Positions 60,131 through 64,000 of a DNA stretch of 64,000 nt are shown piece after piece. The stretch is from NCBI GenBank assembly GCA_964016885.1, contig OZ024753.1:23312001-23376000 (forward strand), in the 5' to 3' direction. The translations under genes and the position numbers were made by a program. This stretch comes from Eledone cirrhosa (lineage: Eukaryota). The number at the start of each line of letters is the position of its first letter. Position 1 is the stretch's first letter. A model generated the notes under the pieces. The model did no database searches. It was not told the origin of the DNA and was given only the letters and a program-made list of their open reading frames with translations.

Positions 60131-60820
60131 AATGACAGTCAAAACTCACTCTTTCAATGACAGTCAAAACCTACTCTTTCAATGTCAGCCAAAACCCACT
60201 CTTTCAATGACAATGTCAAAACCCACTCTTTCAATGACAATGTCAAGACCTACTCTTTCAATGACTGTCAAAACCCACTCTTTAAATGACAGTCAAACCC
60301 CACTCTTTCAATGACAGTCAAAAACCCACTCATTCAATGACACCCAAAACCCACTCTTTCAATGACAATGTCAAAACCCACTTTTTCAATGAAAATGTCA
60401 AAACCGACTCTTTCAATGACAATGTCAAAACCCACTCTTTCAATGACGTTGTCAAAACCCACTCTTTCAATGACACTGTCAAAACCTTCTCTTTCAATGA
60501 CAGTCAAAACAAACTCTTTCAATGACAGTCAAACCCCACTCCTTCAATGACAGTCAAAACCCAATCTTTCAAGAACAGTCAAAACCTACTCTTTCAATGA
60601 CAGCTAAATCCCACTCTTTCAATGACAATGTCAAAATCCACTCTTTCAATGACAATGTCAAAACCAACTCTTTCAATGACAATCAAAAGCCACTCTTTCA
60701 ATGACAGTCAAAACCCACTCTTTCAATGACAGTCAGAACCCACTCTTTCAATGACAGTCAAAACCCACTCTTTCAGTGACAATGTCATAACCCACTATTT
60801 CAAAGACAGTCAAAACCCAC
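57780..60820. repeat. 1523-bp tandem duplication nested in or overlapping the 4334-bp repeat
   Basis: ORF pairs 58582/60105, 58763/60286 and 58999/60522. GTTTAAAC at 58048/59571 and also 53714/55237. Confidence 0.88.
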
Positions 60821-63800
60821 TCTTTCAATGACAATGTCAAAACCCACTCTTTCAATGACAATGTCAAAACTCACACTTTCAATGACAATGTCAAAACCCA
60901 CTCTTTCAATGACAGTCAAAACCCACTCTTTCAATGACAATGTCAAAAACCACTCTTTCAATGGCAGTCAAAACCCACTCTTTCAATGAAAATGTTAAAA
61001 CCCACTCTCTCAATGACAATGTCAAAACCTACTCTTTCAATGACAGTCAAAATCCACTATTTCAATGACCGTCAAAACCTACTCTTTCAATGACAGCCAA
61101 AACCCACTCTTTCAATGACAAGCCAATCCCACTCTTTCAATGACGATATCAAAGCCTACTCTTTCAATGACGGTCAAATCCCTCTCGTTCAATGACAGTG
61201 TCAAAACCCACTCTTTCAACGACAGTCAAATCCCACTCTTTCAATGACAATTTCAAACCTACTCTTTCAATGACAATCAAAACCGACTCTTTCAATGACC
61301 CTGTCAACACCTACACTTTCAATGACAATTTCAAAACCTACCATTTCAATAACAGTATAAACACACTTTTTCAATGACAGTCAAAACCCACTTTTTCAAT
61401 GACAGTCAAAATCCACTCTTTCAATGACAGTCAAAACCCACTATTTCAATGTTAGCCAAAACCCACTCTTTCAATGTCAGCCAAAACCCACTCTTTCAAT
61501 GACAATGTCAAAAGATACTCTTTCAACGACAGTCAAACCCCACTCTTTCAATGACAGTCAAAAACCCACTCTTTCAATGACAGCCAAAACACACTCTTTC
61601 AATGACAATGTCAAAACCCACTTTTTCAATGACAATATCAAAACCCACTCTTTCAATGACAGTCAAAACCCACTCTTTCAATGACAATGTTAAAACCCAC
61701 TCTCTCAATGAAAATGTCAAAACCTACTCTTTCAATGACAGTCAAAACCCACTCTTCCAATGACAGTCAAAACCCACTCTTTCAATGACAGTCAAAACCC
61801 ACTCTTTCAATGACACTCAAAACCCACTCTTTCAATGACAGCCAAAACCAACTCTTTCAATGACAATGTCAAAACCCACTCTTTCAATGACAATGGCAAA
61901 GCCTACTCTTTCAATGACAGTCGAAACCACTCTTTCAATGACTGTCAAAACCCACTCGTTCAATCACAATGTCAAAAGCCACTCTTTCAATGACAGTCAA
62001 AACCCACTCTTTCAATGACAATGTCAAAACCTACTCTTTCAATGACAGTCAAAATCCACTCTTTCAATGACAACCAAAACCCTCTCTTTCAATGACAGTC
62101 AAAACCCACTCTTTCAATGACACTCAAAACCCACTCTTTCAATGACAGCCAAAACGCACTCTTTCAATGACAATGTCAAAACCCACTCTTTCAATGACAA
62201 TGTCTAAACTCACACTTTCAATGACATTCGAAACCCACTCTTTCAATGACAGTTAAAACCCACTCGTTCAATGACAATGTCAAAAGCCACTCTTTCAATG
62301 ACAGTCAAAACCCACTCTTTCAATGACAATGTCAAAACCCACTCTTTCAATGACAATGTCAAGACCTACTCTTTCAATGACTGTCAAAACCCACTCTTTA
62401 AATGACAGTCAAACCCCACTCTTTCAATGACAGTCAAAAACCCACTCATTCAATGACACCCAAAACCCACTCTTTCAATGACAATGTCAAAACCCACTTT
62501 TTCAATGAAAATGTCAAAACCGACTCTTTCAATGACAATGTCAAAACCCACTCTTTCAATGACGTTGTCAAAACCCACTCTTTCAATGACACTGTCAAAA
62601 CCTTCTCTTTCAATGACAGTCAAAACAAACTCTTTCAATGACAGTCAAACCCCACTCCTTCAATGACAGTCAAAACCCAATCTTTCAAGAACAGTCAAAA
62701 CCTACTCTTTCAATGACAGCTAAATCCCACTCTTTCAATGACAATGTCAAAATCCACTCTTTCAATGACAATGTCAAAACCAACTCTTTCAATGACAATC
62801 AAAAGCCACTCTTTCAATGACAGTCAAAACCCACTCTTTCAATGACAGTCAGAACCCACTCTTTCAATGACAGTCAAAACCCACTCTTTCAGTGACAATG
62901 TCATAACCCACTATTTCAAAGACAGTCAAAACCCACTCTTTCAATGACAATGTCAAAACCCACTCTTTCAATGACAATGTCAAAACTCACACTTTCAATG
63001 ACAATGTCAAAACCCACTCTTTCAATGACAGTCAAAACCCACTCTTTCAATGACAATGTCAAAAACCACTCTTTCAATGGCAGTCAAAACCCACTCTTTC
63101 AATGAAAATGTTAAAACCCACTCTCTCAATGACAATGTCAAAACCTACTCTTTCAATGACAGTCAAAATCCACTATTTCAATGACCGTCAAAACCTACTC
63201 TTTCAATGACAGCCAAAACCCACTCTTTCAATGACAAGCCAATCCCACTCTTTCAATGACGATATCAAAGCCTACTCTTTCAATGACGGTCAAATCCCTC
63301 TCGTTCAATGACAGTGTCAAAACCCACTCTTTCAACGACAGTCAAATCCCACTCTTTCAATGACAATTTCAAACCTACTCTTTCAATGACAATCAAAACC
63401 GACTCTTTCAATGACCCTGTCAACACCTACACTTTCAATGACAATTTCAAAACCTACCATTTCAATAACAGTATAAACACACTTTTTCAATGACAGTCAA
63501 AACCCACTTTTTCAATGACAGTCAAAACCCACTCTTTCAATGACAGTCAAAACCCACTATTTCAATGTTAGCCAAAACCCACTCTTTCAATGTCAGCCAA
63601 AACCCACTCTTTCAATGACAATGTCAAAAGATACTCTTTCAACGACAGTCAAACCCCACTCTTTCAATGACAGTCAAAAACCCACTCTTTCAATGACAGC
63701 CAAAACACACTCTTTCAATGACAATGTCAAAACCCACTTTTTCAATGACAATATCAAAACCCACTCTTTCAATGACAGTCAAAACCCACTCTTTCAATGA

Positions 63801-64000
63801 CAATGTTAAAACCCACTCTCTCAATGAAAATGTCAAAACCTACTCTTTCAATGACAGTCAAAACCCACTCTTCCAATGACAGTCAAAACCCACTCTTTCA
63901 ATGACAGTCAAAACCCACTCTTTCAATGACACTCAAAACCCACTCTTTCAATGACAGCCAAAACCAACTCTTTCAATGACAATGTCAAAACCCACTCTTT
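60210..64000. repeat. 2116-bp tandem duplication, second copy cut by window end
   Basis: ORF pairs 60286/62402, 61192/63308 and 61424/63540. AAAGATACTC at 61511/63627, and GACCCTGTCAACACC seen twice. Confidence 0.9.

Larger units (their letters stand above)
1..64000. repeat. Tandem satellite DNA array of mixed 25-bp and 27-bp monomers, single orientation, running off both window ends
   Basis: Every line consists of variants of ATGACAGTCAAAACC(C/T)ACTCTTTCA (25 bp) or ATGACAATGTCAAAACC(C/T)ACTCTTTCA (27 bp), with occasional 24/26-bp monomers from A-tract slippage. The consensus 25-mer is 9A/8C/6T/2G (40% GC, no CpG). No reverse-oriented monomer or non-repeat insert was seen. Confidence 0.99.
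36700..64000. repeat. Satellite sub-family domain B
   Basis: Diagnostic variants: TAACAGTATAAACACACTTTTTC, ACCTACCATTTC, GACAACCAAAA, TGTCAGCCAAAA, GAAAATGTCAAAACCGACTC, AATGGCAAAGCCTA, GTCGAAACC, CTCGTTC, GTTAAAACCCACTCTCTC. Confidence 0.85.

Noticed and set aside
2278-63800. About 95 short ORFs (60-94 aa) with repeats such as KTHSFNDNV, MTMSKPTLS and VIERVGFDI
   Set aside because: They are translations of the satellite. Each monomer contains ATG overlapped by TGA, 27-mers keep frame and 25-mers shift it. The ORFs overlap in several frames and on both strands, and indels are not frame-preserving. They were used only as markers for duplication offsets.
1-64000. Canonical CRISPR array
   Set aside because: Repeats abut directly with no unique spacers, leader or cas genes. 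Only the ATTGAAAG motif and the length are similar (kept as a low-probability finding).
1-64000. Sigma70 promoters from TTGACA on the minus strand of each 27-mer
   Set aside because: The hexamer 17 bp downstream is GGTTTT rather than TATAAT-like, there are no genes to drive, and nothing indicates a bacterial context.
1-64000. Telomerase-synthesised long telomeric repeat (as in 23-25 bp budding-yeast telomeres)
   Set aside because: It does not match the K. lactis or Candida motifs I know. Inherited point variants copied in kb-scale blocks over 64 kb indicate recombinational amplification, not templated synthesis.
1-64000. G-quadruplex or i-motif array from GGG/CCC tracts
   Set aside because: There is only one 3-base tract per monomer, loops are 22-24 nt, and many tracts are broken by the CCTA variant, so stable intramolecular G4 is unlikely.
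1-64000. Plasmid iterons, integron attC array or transposon terminal repeats
   Set aside because: No rep, integrase or transposase gene, no cassettes, no terminal inverted repeats or target-site duplications. The scale far exceeds such elements.
1-64000. Pure sequencing or assembly artefact (e.g. rolling-circle concatemer)
   Set aside because: Hierarchical, position-specific variants shared between diverged paralogous blocks indicate real evolutionary history. Only the exact copy number of near-identical blocks remains uncertain.
1-64000. 25/27 order as a deliberate information code or diversity-generating cassette system
   Set aside because: The observed order is explained by nested duplication and slippage. 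There is no recombinase, reverse transcriptase or expression locus in the window to read or write such a code.

Overview
The whole 64 kb window is one uninterrupted head-to-tail tandem satellite array (roughly 2,450-2,500 monomers, estimated from length). I saw no unique sequence, inversion, gene, RNA gene or transposon. Two co-dominant monomers are interspersed: a 25-mer ATGACAGTCAAAACCCACTCTTTCA and a 27-mer ATGACAATGTCAAAACCCACTCTTTCA, both with a common CCCA/CCTA dimorphism. All ORFs in the track are translation artefacts of the repeat. The real information lies in the variant pattern. There are two sub-family domains (A about 1-36.7 kb, B about 36.7-64 kb, plus a B island at about 33.0-34.1 kb from duplication of the boundary). 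Each domain has its own conserved multi-monomer cassette. A succession of near-identical higher-order duplications is visible (offsets 4104/4618, 1859-1972, ~2739, 1296, 1816, 3672, 1604, 1476, 4334, 1523 and 2116 bp). This architecture is typical of eukaryotic centromeric, pericentromeric or subtelomeric satellite, but I do not recognise the family or the organism. The most curious monomer-level features are that both length classes keep a perfect dyad (TGAC-N-GTCA vs TGACA-N-TGTCA) and that the minus strand carries ATTGAAAG, the end motif of many archaeal CRISPR repeats, though there are no spacers. Block boundaries were located by eye and are approximate. Offsets come from diagnostic variants and ORF-track spacing.
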